A stretch of 54,233 nucleotides of DNA, filler included, from Sphacelaria rigidula (GCA_964200075.2; 4 parts of 4 records of this genome joined end to end with filler, not necessarily neighbours in it), one strand, 5' to 3'; numbered from the whole stretch's first letter, positions 1 to 12,189 are shown. Notes: generated by a model from the sequence alone, not told the origin. Translations and numbers: made by a program.

Positions 1-37
1 ATGTCGTGGGTACATAAAATTCGACTTAACGGTCGAC

Positions 38-216
38 GAGAGGGGTTCAGCAGTCCCTTTCCCTCGTCGACCGTTAAGTCGAATTTTATGTACCCACGAC
101 ATAGTCGCTCTCCACTGTTGGGGTGAGAAAAGATTCCAGATCGCTCCGGGACTCGAACCCTCCAACTCAACCATCAGAAGGTTACGAGGTTACCAACTGA
201 GCCAACGGGGCGACCG
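38..216 (-). mobile_element. tRNA-derived SINE, copy 1 (3'-truncated, ends in a fold-back)
   Basis: Minus strand reads GGTCGCCCCGTTGGCTCAGTTGG (A box)...GGTTCGAGTCCC (B box); aligns with copies at 7551, 37081 and 50691. Confidence 0.85.
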
Positions 217-1421
217 CAGTATATATGGGATATATTCTGCGGGGTGCATGTGTGTTGGAGAGGGGGGGGGAAGGGTGTGTGCTCATGGGGGATAGGGGGA
301 GGTTACAGCTGCACTCAGAGACTGCGTGCGCGATAATTATACGCGACGACTGTGTGTGTGTAAGTCTGTTGATGTTTATTGGTTGTGCCTTTTGGAGGAG
401 GGGTTCCATGGTACTGTAGACCTGAACATTGGGGGGGGGGCTGTGCTACGCCGATGGTCGCGGCTGCGCGAGTTGTCGCTACTTTTTGTTGTTGTGCAAA
501 AGCCCTGTGACGTATGATTGTGTGTCTATATTTTCCGTATTTCTGGAGTATTTTTCGTGCATGAGTGTGTGTGTGTGTGTGCTTGGATACCATCTATGTG
601 GTGCTGTAGAGGGTACGCAGGGCACGTGCTACCATTGCAGCGATGACTTTGAATACATTGCTTTTTTAGACTACAGTGCATACCCTACAGGGTGCGTGCT
701 GTTGTAGAGAACGTTGGCGGGGGACGGGGGTACGAGTGACAATTACGGCATTCTCGAAGATGAACCGCAATTCGAGGCAATTTCTGAGCGGCTGATAAAA
801 AGATCCAATGACGAAGTGGGGTACGCTAGGTTACTGGTACCGTTGAATTGGGTTGAGATGGGGGCACAATGTCTCGACCTTTTTTTTTGCGCTAGGGGGT
901 TACCCACATCTTGCGCGAGTATAACCGCTTTGGCAAACGCGGTCGAATCTTCATTTATCCATTATTTTTTCCGACGCCTGAAAGGTTTTATTTGCAGTTA
1001 GTTCACTCCCCTCCGCCCCCCTGCCCCGCTTTCAGAATATGAGTGTGATGACGGGTAAGCCAGTATCCAAGTGTTGACAGTTGTGGTTTTAAGTCTACGA
1101 GGCGTGCGTCTCGACTCTCGGTTTTAGAGTATCTAAGCAAATACTTCGGCTTCTGTTGAAAAATACCTTTTTGCGATCAACACCTCTTTCGACCGGAACC
1201 GCTCTTACTGATGACCCGGGCCCGTCAACACTGGAACTGTCATCCTCCAACCCCCAGTCCGGGTTTTGGTCGTGCTCCTCACCCTGGGCGTTGATTGTCA
1301 ACGCCCACCGTCACTCCATTTCCTGTCGTGAGCCCTGCCTCTGCAAGGCTTACCGACTCCAAGTCCACCTCATGTTCCCAGTTTCTCCGTACACCCCCCA
1401 ACGAGTTAGAAGCCGTGGAAC

Positions 1422-1845
1422 ACGAGATTTTACAAATTGGGTATGGATATTTTTAATGGGGATTTGGACCCGGAAAATTAAAATCTTCGTATCCACACCA
1501 AATCTTCGAAACATGGTTCCATTTCTTCACTTGATGGTATCTATTGACAACTGCAACACGCCATTCGAATTTGGATTTCGATAACCGAAATGTCGGGGTC
1601 CTAGGTAAAAAACCAATTTGGGGGGATTTAGGTGATCCGATCGGACCCCAAATTTGTTTTTCACCTAGGACCCCGACATTTCGGTTATCGAAATCCAAAT
1701 TTGTATGGCGTGTAGTAGTTGTTAATAGCCACCAGCAAGTGAAGAAATGGAACCATACTTCGAAGATTTGGTGTGGATACGAAGATTATGATTTTCCGGG
1801 TTTTTATTCCCCATGAAAATCCATCCCCAATTTGTAAAATCCCGT
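1422..1845. mobile_element. Palindromic (fold-back) MITE, ~424 bp
   Basis: ACGAGATTTTACAAATTGGG (1422-1441) pairs with CCCAATTTGTAAAATCCCGT (1826-1845); inverted arms continue almost to the centre (~1635-1645). Confidence 0.85.
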
Positions 1846-2578
1846 CTTGTGCCCTACACGCCCTCTGTCCTGGGCTAGATAGATTGCACCCTTAGTGTCT
1901 GAGCGCTGTTCATGTTTGCTACGTTATATCTCGTTCTCAGTAAGACCAACGCCTCTTGGTGTTTTTTTACTCATGTTTTCCGCTGCGGCAGTAGTGCAAT
2001 GTTGTTGAGATACACTCCATTGCGTGGGTAACCTGCGGAACGATGCCGAGCAACCATTTTGTTGATTGACCGCGATTGACGTGTGTGTGGGCTGACTCCG
2101 GCATGCACATGCGTACCGTGGCACCGTCCAGTGCAGTTGCACTACGGTATGTACCATGAACTACAATTGCAATTCCAACTGACTTATTACACGATTTCCA
2201 TACAATTCAGGCACGGTGCACTTTTTGTGCTATGCTATTGCGACGCACACAAAAAATAGTATGCTGTACCAAGATGTTATCAATATTTCGCACGCCATAC
2301 GTGTAACAACTGAAATTGCACCACCGGGACTGATCGTTAGTGGTGCACATTATGCTAACATTTAAACGACATTTTGTTTTCCTTTTTTTTTTTCATCACA
2401 CTTTCAACCCTTTTGGAACTCCCATAAAACATGCAGTACAAACTCCCATGTGTGAGCTTTCGTCACCAGGAAAACCTCACTTCGAGTTCAGTGCACGAGT
2501 ATATCACCTAAGTATACCTGAGCTTAGAGTGGTGCACCATTTTGGTGGACTGTATCATCAACAGTTGCAGGAAAACAA

Positions 2579-3194
2579 CAAGGCTCCGCACGTTAGACGT
2601 TAGACGTTCACGTTACGTTCATCACGTCTGTAGAATTAAACGTTACGTGAGTGTTTCATTTCAGAATTCAACCGGAACGTTGCATTCCGTTACGTTTCGT
2701 TACATGTAACGAAATATGAAACGTTTTAATGTCACGTGTAACGTCCAGTATAGAACGTTTCATGGACACATGTGACGTTCGAATGTAACGCTTCATTCTA
2801 TGCATGTCGCGGCTCCTCTACTAGTGTTTAAGGCGTTGTAACGTGTCATGTAAGGCGTGACGTTACCGTGTACGTGACGCTGACGGTGGCCCGTCGTAAG
2901 TTTGAGCGTAGGCGAATCATCTGATTGTGTAGCGTTACTTTCTCTACAGTGTATCGTTAATTTGTTCATGACCGTTATATTTTCCAAGGCTCTGCACGTT
3001 ACACGTTCACATTCACGTCACGTTCATTCATACTCTCTCGTGTTTATCGAAGCACAATCTTCTAGGATTTCAAATTTCGTAGCAAACATAAAATGTGCAC
3101 CGCTTCATGTAACGTGTCCATGATGTTTACCGTGTACCGTGTAACGTCTAACACACCTGTAACGTCTAAAACATGTGTAACGTGCAGAACCTCG
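2579..3194. mobile_element. hAT-type MITE with ACGTTA-rich subtermini
   Basis: TIR CAAGGCTCCGCACGTTA / TAACGTGCAGAACCTCG; 8-bp TSD GAAAACAA / GACAACAA (7/8); internal blocks match the 35408-38043 element in inverted orientation. Confidence 0.8.
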
Positions 3195-3235
3195 GACAAC
3201 AACCATATACATCTTGCCCAAGAAAACGTACACTA

Positions 3236-3682
3236 ACAGCTGACCGTCGAAATCAAGGATGGAGCTTTCAATTGAGGATGAGAACTCCGAGGATTAAAAT
3301 CTTCGCATCCACACAAAATCTTCGACATATGGTTCCATTCCTTCACCTAGTGGTAGCTATTGACGAGTACTACACGTTTTTTTTTTAGGTGATCGGATCA
3401 CCTAACTTCCCCGAATTCTTTTTTGATGCCGTGTAGTACTTGTCAATAGCTACCAGTAGGTGAAGGAACGAAACCATATTTTGAAGATTTGGTGTGGAAT
3501 CGGATCACCTAAATTCCCCAAAATTGTTTTCCTGATGATGACGTGAAGTACGTGTCAATAGCTACCAGTAGGTGAAGGAATGGAACCATATTACGAGGAT
3601 CTGGTGTGGATGCGAAGATTTTTATCCTCCGAGTTCTCATCCTCAACGAAAAGCGCCATCCTCAATTTCGATGATTGGCTGT
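3236..3682. mobile_element. Palindromic MITE flanked by TA (Tc1/mariner-like)
   Basis: Long imperfect TIRs ACAGCTGACCGTCGAAAT... / ...ATTTCGATGATTGGCTGT; TA on both sides; central TTAGGTGATC-G-GATCACCTAA; right arm partly duplicated. Confidence 0.8.
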
Positions 3683-3826
3683 TAACTGTAAATCGTCATT
3701 TTTCCATCAACGGTCCCAAAAAGGTTGACCCACCCGCTTCAAGTGAGCACGTGAAAGTGAAGAAAATCGAAACAACCTTACTGCATGGTTTTATACCGTA
3801 GAGTACCAAATAAATCAAACGAGTAG

Positions 3827-4119
3827 CACCGGTGGCCGCTGGTACACGATATCCACATCTCATTATGTCGTCAGGTTATAGACACGTTGAAGAAAGTGCG
3901 CACAGCGTATCTCAGGTTGCAAAACGGATATCCCAAGAAATTCACGAGTAGTTTACAATGGCTACACACCGAGCGAAATTAGGCCGACAGAGCGTGCGTC
4001 TCAAGCCTGGTTCTACTGTGTGCGAATTGCGTTCAACTTGTCATCCATAAGCTACCGCAAACTAGTATAGGGACGTCATGAAATATAGATACAGTGACGT
4101 GTACTAGCGGCCACCAGTG
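3827..4119. mobile_element. MITE with CAC(T/C) termini (CMC/CACTA-like)
   Basis: 22-bp TIR CACCGGTGGCCGCTGGTACACG / CGTGTACTAGCGGCCACCAGTG (2 mismatches); AG dinucleotide on both flanks. Confidence 0.7.
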
Positions 4120-4469
4120 AGATTCAAGCTCCGTTTTTCTGCTGTTATGAAGCTCCCCATAAACCGTACGAGGCTCGGGCCAGAATCCGGCGCAGTATAA
4201 ACCAAGTGTACACCAGTATAGCCCAGTGCAAGGTTAGTAGTTGTCAATCGATCAATTCCTTGTACAACCAACGATCGGCAGTCTAGACGGGCGTATCCCG
4301 CCTTTTATGCGCTCGTGGGTGAGGCAACACCTGCCCCGGGTCAACGTCAGATATTGGTACTCGTTGCAACCATCGCATACGCGATTCTTGCGCTCACTGG
4401 ATATTTTCCGTTGAGACCACGGCATAACCAGCTTGTGCTCTGTCGTCACTTTGATATCGCCCCAGAGCA

Positions 4470-4716
4470 ATGCTACGGTAGGGGTTCACTTTTTTTGCGA
4501 AATTTTGTCTGGTTCAGGGGCTCCTACCGATTCTAAACGCACAAGAATATGGGCCAGGGCATCCCCGCTTGCAGGTTTATTCTGGATATCCTCAGCACAT
4601 TGGAATAGTCATCCTGGCGTACTCTCGCAGATTTTCATAAGTCGTGTTTTGGATGAGATAAGGGGCTCCTAACAATTCTAACCTTAGAAATTATTTCTGT
4701 ACCCCTACCGTAGCAT
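4470..4716. mobile_element. Small MITE
   Basis: Perfect 16-bp inverted repeat ATGCTACGGTAGGGGT / ACCCCTACCGTAGCAT; internal direct repeat AGGGGCTCCTA.C.ATTCTAAAC at ~4517 and ~4661. Confidence 0.7.
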
Positions 4717-6899
4717 CACTCCCCATGGGAAAATATACTGATGGCCCAGTGCACGCGAGTTCCGATGTTGGAGGTTTCCTTTTGACTATCGGAATTCAGC
4801 CCCCCAATCTTGCACCCTACCTGGCCGTCGGTGTACCAGTGAGACAACAGACGCAGGGGGACACCAAGAACAAGTAAATTTCCCAAGGACAGGCTAACGA
4901 CCAGGATCATTTGCAACTCTTCGTCAGCGTACCTTTCTCCACCTTCGGCGCCCATCTGTCCTTATTCGAGCAGCCGTAGTTCGTCTAAGCGTGCATACTT
5001 CGCCGTGAAGATATTTTTTCATTCCTATTTTCCATGGCATTCGCCTTCACAACGCACACATGAAAGAAACTCTCGAGGACAGGCTTGACTTCCGTGAGGA
5101 AAGGTCTGAACCTCGAAAGCGCCAAGATCTACTCGAGCTCTGTGGATTCAAAACCTACGGGATTCCGACATTGAGTCAGCTAAAAAAACTTGCTCGGACT
5201 TGATGCGGTGGACTGGACGACGACATGGTTGAGTGGGTCAAGAAGTCGGAACTTCACCTTCGGAGGGGTGACAAGGGGGGATGGGAGCATCGACCAATCC
5301 TTGCAGGTGTCCATTGTTTTGTTTTGGTATTTCTACACGCGCAAACTCTACCGTAACTTCACCAAGGAGAGATGCCGCGACCCCCCCGCCCCCCCCAAAC
5401 CAGCCCCCAAACTGCCACGAAAAAAAGGCAATACAGTGTATGATAACCAGTTTCAGACTTCATGATACCCCTCATATGAGCGACATTGGCGAAACGATCC
5501 CAAGCGCGGAAGTTCTCAGCTGCTCGGTGTGCTCTATTTTTGTCATTTTGATATACATGTAGATTTTGCGTCCTCGAACCAGTCACTTTTCTGGGGGGGG
5601 CTATCGCGGCGTTAGTCCAACTTGCGACACTTACTTTTGATGAAAAGCTCATGTCAACCAGTAGCCATGTGAGAGAAGTGTCAGGTAAATTAGCAAAATA
5701 GGTCGACCCGCTACTACATAGGGAGTGTGGATTCCTTGTATTCATGTGCTGAATCAGCGTATACAAGCAATGATATTCGGTGAAAATCATGAGCGCGACA
5801 CGTTCAATCCCCGTTTATAGCAATCTAGTAAAAATGTGTATATACAACGTATTGTTTCCATGGCATGCATCTCCGTGCACCACGTCACCCATCTCGATAA
5901 CATCCCCGGTATCGACCAAAGTCGAGGGGCGAGGTGGTCGCACTCAAGTGCCAAAGATCTCTTCTTGTACAGCGACGAAAAGTGCTCAAAGAGATAGCTG
6001 CTTGCGGGATTAAAAACGAACCTTATATCAAAAGCACATATTCCAATCAACCGATGAGCGGGCACGGCATCTGCGCAAGATGACTTATTGTCATCATCAA
6101 TCGAACATATTCCAATAAAATAGAGCTAAGTCCGATTGCTGTCGTTTTTCCCCTCACAAATAGACCTTTCGAAAAATGTCCTATTTTGGCGCTTCGACTT
6201 TGTGCTCTGCCAGAAACAGCCCCGCACGGCACACGTAATGTCTGCATTACACTGTTTATGCGATCGTGTTGTGCTCCGGGGTGATCATAGATATCGGTGT
6301 TGGCTACTGCAGCGTTGTTGCGACACCTTGAGATAAGACGTGAAGATCGCAACACGTTCATCATAACCTTGTCGTGTTATCGTTTTTCTGATCGGAATAT
6401 CGAAAACATCTGATGGAAAGTTTCCGAAAGATCCCCACCGGATGAAACGGGCCTTGGTAACAGTGACGTGAGAAGAGAGTTGTAATGCTACCACGATACA
6501 ATCTTGTTGGGGATACGAAATCCAGGCGGTACGTGTACAGCAGGATATGGGGCTCCGAAACGGGCTAATGCCTTGATATAGCAATAATCCAGGGGCAAGG
6601 TGGGCTGCCGAGTGCTATTGCGAAGCCCCAAATAATACTATGAAATCAAAAGCTACAGATACCACGACACCGAGACTGTTCAAGCGTCATATCTACACAT
6701 CATCACACAAAAACTACTTACTGTCGCATATTGACTAATGTATACAAAATGACAGTCATTTTTGTTCCATTATATTGACACAGACTATTCTCCACCCTGT
6801 GCTTCATCCTACTCGTACCCGTAGTGGATCTTGATACTATACCATCGCTGAGTAGGGGATTCGAACAGGTTTTTGTTGGTCACTCGTTAAAGCCCCCCT

Positions 6900-6975
6900 C
6901 CCATCCCCGGGAAGAATCCGTGGTCTCAAGGGGATCAAGCCATCTCTTCCCGGTACACGCCTGGTATTTTCGTGT
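6900..6975 (+). repeat. Old dispersed repeat fragment (also 8290-8372 +, 11045-11118 -, 12580-12640 -)
   Basis: Shared core approximating CGGGA.GAGTCCGT.GTCTC.AGGG.TCAA...CTT.C.GTACACGCCT in four diverged copies. Confidence 0.6.
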
Positions 6976-7530
6976 TGGGGAGTGGGTCAATACTGTCGCA
7001 CCGCGTCAATTCTCGTCAAACAAACTCAGTCCAACGACGTCTTGTCTACTCACGTCCTAACGCTTTCGATACTAGGAGACCGTATCTCTACGAGCTTACG
7101 AGGGTGTACGACACTCGCTGGGTACAACTTCCTCCACTCGCTGGGTACCACCCCTCCCCCCCATGAAACTCTAACCCACCCTTTCCCTTCCCCAGAACCC
7201 AATGACACCTTTAGAGGACTCCATGTTTTTACTTTCAGCTTACAGGCACCTTCGTTGTACCCAGGAATACTTGTTTCCGCAAAACAGTGGGAGATTTTTC
7301 TGCTCTTGCCTATTCAGCAATCACGGCTGGATTCGTGGCGGAGAAGCCAATCTGCATCAATCCAATCGATCACAGGCGTATCATAGGAAACCACCTCGCC
7401 ATCACCGTAGCTGCATATCGTCGCCACGCTGTACGCAGAAAACTGTAAATGCACGAGGAAGCAGCCCTCTCTCTTCTCATCGCACAACAGCACTTACGTC
7501 ATAATTACTGGTGCAAAGCAAGGTGTAATG

Positions 7531-7890
7531 TTGTGTTCTTGTGTGTTGCCATCCCATCTATTCTGGACGCCAGTCTACAACTTCCGGTGTATGTGGGCGT
7601 ATCGGCCGCCGTCACACAGGAAGAAGGCCAACCCAGGAGGGATTCTCTGGTGTAGTACTCCACCTTCCTTCTGCGGTGCTTGCCTAACTTTTTATCGCGA
7701 GAGGGGTTCAGCAGTCCCTTTCCCTCGTCGACCGTGAAGTCGAATTTCGTGTACCCACGACAAGTCGCTCTCCACTGTTGGGCATGGTGTGAGAAAATAT
7801 CCCAGATTGTGTGACTGCACCGAGATTCGAACGCACGACCCAACCGTCAGAAGGTTTCGAGGCCACCAATTGTGCCACCGGGAAGACCGG
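7531..7890 (-). mobile_element. tRNA-derived SINE, copy 2 (near full length)
   Basis: Head with degenerate A box and GTTCGAATC B box, loop CTTCTGA; body ends TAGATGGGAT with a CAA/CA-rich tail. Confidence 0.85.
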
Positions 7891-8608
7891 TATGTAATGG
7901 TACAATAAAACGTAACCATGGCATGATTATTTGAGTGGAAGTCAGGCAAACAGCCATCAAGTTGCTGCATTTCACTGTCCTGTGATGCCGAAGATACAAG
8001 TGTGGGAGCTAGGCACTCATGTCCCCAAAGCGTTAACTCGGAGTACTTTGGAACGGTACACCGCGCTCAATCAACCCTTCCCTGTGAAGGTATTGGCTGT
8101 TGTTCGTCCGTTTGAGCCCAGAAGTACAACTCCATCGTGTTATTGACGACCACGCTTGCAGTGAGCAGCTTCCGGAAGGCTATCGCGGCCCCCACATGGT
8201 TCAGACGGCCTCTAGGTACACGATAACCTGCATTGCATGATATGCTGTAGCTTTCATTTGGTTCCCTGCCACGCTTTCGACCCCTCTCCCTTCCTCGGGG
8301 TGAGTCGGTGGTCTCATGTCTCAAGGGATCAACCGTATCCACCGTTCCCCCGTTACACGCCTTGCATTTTGTATCGGCTATTGGATCAGACTCTGGCATC
8401 GCGTCGAAGTAAACCCTTACTCACATCCTGCCGTCTTCAACTACCAAAATTTAGTTACTCTTGAGGGGAAAATCGAGATGTGTCTGCCTGAAACCGAACG
8501 CGCATTCTTCCGACCTATCTAGCACCAGTTGTACAAATTAAACCAACAGGACACTGCGGTCATGTGTGACATAAATGCCACTACTACTATTCAACACCTG
8601 CATTGTTC

Positions 8609-9698
8609 CTAGGCCAATGGAACGTCTGCCGGTCGCCAGAGAGCACGCGCCTTGGCATCCCCCATCCTACTCATGACGAACGGCCCACGCAGAGCTCTCT
8701 GCGCAGCGGCCATCCCCGCACCCCCCCTGTTTATGGCTTGGCACACGGCTTGACGCTTCGGGCGCACTTTCACCGCAAGTCCTGCTGCGATCATTTCTTT
8801 ATCGAACACGTCTGGGTCGAAAATGTGGGCGGGTGTGGAAGTAGCGGCAAAAATCTCAACAGCGGTCGTGCCCTCTAATGAGGTCGACGGTAAAGTTGCA
8901 TAAACATGACTAGCGCTGCTGTTGTCATATACACACACCCTTTTGTCCTCTATTCTTCCTACTTCTGTCGCTGTAATTGCTGTCGCTGTTGTTGCTGCTG
9001 TTGTTATTGCTGTTGTTGTGAGCTCCACTCCGTATACGCCCCTACTACTTGCACCCTTCCGGGCACTAGTATCAATAGTTCCGATACGAGCTAAGGAATG
9101 GTCTTGCGATTGACGGACTTCGCCACGCTGCGATCCTTCCCGCCGTGATTCTGTTATTTGCGCCGTCGCTGTCTGCCCCTTCGCTCCTAGAGACCCATGG
9201 TCAACATCACTGTCATTGCTGGGTGAACTTTCAGTAGTAGTGTCGGCATGTGACACAAAAGCACTCCCATCACATCCATTGAGGACGTGCATCGCGGGGA
9301 ACGACTCGGGCGGTCTCAAGCTCCGAAAATCTGGGGAAACTTGTGCTGCGGTTGTTTTGTTTTTGCACTCAAGATCGGTCTGAGGAGAACCGTTCTCAGG
9401 CACGTTCCCGGAAACGGTCTCCGCAGCGAGCGATTCTCGACTGTGGATGTTTTCGTCTGCGTTAGCCACTTCCGAACGTGGGGGGGATACTGATACAGCT
9501 GAAAAGCAGCTCGATATTTGCCCAGCAGCAGAGTCAACCGAGTGTTGCGGTCGCACTAGTTGTCGTGATTCTCCTTCCGTCATTTCAGGTGTCGGAGCCG
9601 ATTTAGGCCTGGTCCCGGTATGCCTCCTGCTTACGGCTGTGTCCTTTACTGCGGGGTGCGAAGCCCACGGAGTGAATACCGCGGCCATGGAGTTCATC
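8609..9698 (-). CDS. Terminal exon of cNMP-binding-domain gene (low-complexity S/T/A-rich C-terminus)
   Basis: Longest ORF in the window (378 aa); acceptor ...catgcttcag at 9699; phase 2 matches the upstream exon (FW|MNSMAAV). Confidence 0.7.
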
Positions 9699-9820
9699 CT
9701 GAAGCATGCCCCAAAAAGGAAGTTCGCGGCGGGATAGGCAAACATAAAACAATCGCGTTAACCTTCTACGAACAACTTTCCCTTGACGACTCGGTTCAAC
9801 GTACAGTGGCATCAACACAC

Positions 9821-10024
9821 CAAAAACTAAGTATATCTGCTCGAGGGATGCCAACGATCGGGACTTTGACAACACTCCGTGAGCGTGCTTCTACATACAC
9901 GGCGTCTTCTGAGAGCGTACGCAGTTGCGGTGCTCTCGTCTCCCGAGATTTTGTCATTGTGTCGGCAACAACATACTTTCCGAAGTGGCCCAAAACAGGC
10001 TTTACAAGTGTCATCGCAAAAGCT
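9821..10024 (-). CDS. Internal exon of cNMP-binding-domain gene
   Basis: ccag acceptor, TG|gtgtgt donor, phase 2-2, open (AFAMTLVKPVLGHFGKY...ADILSF). Confidence 0.6.
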
Positions 10025-10437
10025 CTGGATTTCAAGAGGTTTAAAGTATGTGTCATCGCTGTTTTAGCGGTGCTGCGTTCACCGACACCTTGTTGTCGAA
10101 GGGCTCAATCACACGAAATAATAATGAAGGACGGAAGACCGAAGCAGCGGAGGAAAAACGAGAGCTAAAACAACACAAATTCTTCAACTACATGCGCTGG
10201 TTTGCACGACGAACACGTATGCAAACCGCTTGCATCAAGTGCAAACGTTAAGTTCCCACCACAATTCAATACATCACATCTTGAGCCGTTCGAAGAATAC
10301 CTATTGTAGTAGAGCCTTCATCAGTAAGACAGCTACACTTGCATTCGTTCACGTCGTTCGGCGCTAAGATTAAACGATCACGTCGCATAACACCGTTGCC
10401 ATTGTCATTGTCCAAATGATAAATGTTGCGGACGAAC

Positions 10438-10492
10438 CTTTTCTCTGGGTCATTCTCCGTTTGCGTTCCTGTCATTCGCATGTAGCTCCTCG
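10438..10492 (-). CDS. Internal exon of cNMP-binding-domain gene
   Basis: Pyrimidine tract plus ggcag acceptor, AG|gttcgt donor, phase 1-2 (RSYMRMTGTQTENDPEK). Confidence 0.55.
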
Positions 10493-10728
10493 CTGCCGAG
10501 GCAGAAAAGAACGGAATCGGCTGCAGCGACACCGGAAAAGATACAGTTCTCGACGGTCTCAGGGTCGGCAACCTGCCCTCGCTACTGTGGGGGAATAGAC
10601 AACGAGTGTTGAGAATTCACAGGGAAATGTAGTGGGGAACAAGAGTTGGACATCGTGGAACTCAGTTCTTGTGAAAAATATTTTTCAGGCGTTGCAAGTA
10701 AAGTGTTTTTTCTTCCCGTAGTACGTAC

Positions 10729-10957
10729 ATTCAAGATTCTCGCGCACCCTGTGGATGGAAGTGGACCCTTGAAAGAAGGGTACACCGACAATGGTGCACG
10801 TGACTATGATTTGTTTTTGCCGAACAATGAACCGACACCATATCCGGGCGGCGAGTTTACAGTCTCCGGGGCTCCTACTTGTCGTTTTGTTACCGAGAAT
10901 TGGCTCAGCATTTCCGCTGCCCGTCGACTCTCGTGGAAGTTTTGGTAAACTCTCGCT
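10729..10957 (-). CDS. Probable internal exon of cNMP-binding-domain gene (5' boundary uncertain)
   Basis: Open frame PKLPRESTG...IIVTCTIVGVPFFQGSTSIHRVRENLE ending at T|gtacgt, phase 1 matching the next exon; several possible acceptors. Confidence 0.4.
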
Positions 10958-11290
10958 CTCACAATTTCAGACGACGGAAACCATAACAAGACGTGACGGG
11001 CTACGAGAGTGCTGATAGGCATGATCTATGATCCGGTGCTCGATAACGAAACGCCAGGCATACACGTACCAAGCAAGAGATGAGTTGACCCCTCGAGACG
11101 ACGGACTCGTCCCGAGTAAAAAGAGAGGTTTGCGTACCATACTTGAAAAATAACAGTAATTGAAGAATAGGGCGGTGCTACCGTGTAGGTAGATCAGGCG
11201 TGAGTGGCGGCACACCAGAAAGAGAGATATATGTCACGCCCCCGCAGTTTTCCCGCTGGCCAAACGCCTGAAAGGAAGCAAGTGACTGAC

Positions 11291-11393
11291 CCCACAAAGC
11301 CTGTCAACTGGCGTCATGTTCGAAGAGGGACATGCCTCGATAGTGTGGATGATGATGGCCACTGTACCTACAACGTCAGAAACTTCTGGTCGC
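11291..11393 (-). CDS. Possible internal exon of cNMP-binding-domain gene
   Basis: ctgac...ttccag acceptor in phase 2 matching the upstream donor; RPEVSDVVGTVAIIIHTIEAC...; gtcagt donor. Confidence 0.4.
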
Positions 11394-11616
11394 CTGGAAA
11401 TGCCGTCAGCCCGTTAAAGTCATGCAGTCAGTGCGAACTATAACCATCCTTCGAATCCCATCGCGCCCCCTGTGTTCGGTATTTCCCGTTGGGAAGAACA
11501 TCTTCTTAGTCTGTTCGTGTCTAAAGGACAGATTCATCCATAAGCACGAGCCATACACAGGTACGAGCACCGCATTAGAGTCAGAGCCAGACCGTGTACG
11601 CACTGTGCTATCGTAC

Positions 11617-11906
11617 CTCGACATGACTCTCGTGCTGGCAAGGGCGCGATGTACTTCCCCCTCCGCGGCCGTATGCGGGCGCTGTCCTGCATGAGCTCGC
11701 GATAGGGAAGGAGGGGCACAAGCATGCGCATCGTGCATGCCGGCGCTGTGGATCGCTAAGATATTCGCTCTCGCGATAGCGTGGCGCAGCGCCGGTGTGC
11801 GAACTCCTCGAGTGGCTTCGCGAAACGCCTCCGCGGGAATGGTGTACGATATGAGTGGAGTGGTCGCCATCAGATTGCTTGTGTACACCGGTTGACGCCC
11901 TAACAC
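11617..11906 (-). CDS. Exon encoding the C-terminal half of a cyclic-nucleotide-binding (CAP_ED-like) domain
   Basis: gacag acceptor, AG|gtacga donor; VLGRQPVYTSNLMATTPLISYTIPAEAFREAT resembles the cNMP 'ATV.A.T...L..I....F' segment. Confidence 0.7.
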
Positions 11907-11939
11907 CTGTCGTCCACGACCAAGTGGTAACAGACAGGA

Positions 11940-12189
11940 CGGGAATATGCTTTGCCATAGAAAATCAATCAACCACTGTTTGCAGCAGGCAAGACATATA
12001 CGCTCCGTAAGATCGTATGGAGAGCGCATGAAGGTTGACGCCATTCCCTGTCCACGGTCAAACGGTAACACATACAATGGGAATGTGCTTTGGTATAGGG
12101 AAATCAGTCAACCACATAGCCTGCAGCAGGCAAGACATGCGCGCTCCGTATAATCGGATGGAACAGCACATGAAGGTGGCACCGTTTCC
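11940..12189. repeat. Intronic tandem duplication, period ~138 bp
   Basis: GGGAAT.TGCTTTG..ATAG..AATCA.TCAACCAC...TGCAGCAGGCAAGACAT...CGCTCCGTA...CATGAAGGT at ~11941 and ~12079. Confidence 0.8.

Noticed and set aside
1095..1978. Decayed minus-strand coding region starting MSKKTPRGVGLTENEI
   Set aside because: Hints at a transposon DNA-binding N-terminus but is too short and disrupted to call
8609..8640. RPADV as a non-LTR retrotransposon endonuclease motif
   Set aside because: It sits at the very end of a low-complexity host exon with no RT or zinc knuckle nearby
11069..11177. Extra exon of the cNMP gene (tag acceptor, gtacgt donor)
   Set aside because: Overlaps a copy of the old dispersed repeat, so coding status is unsupported
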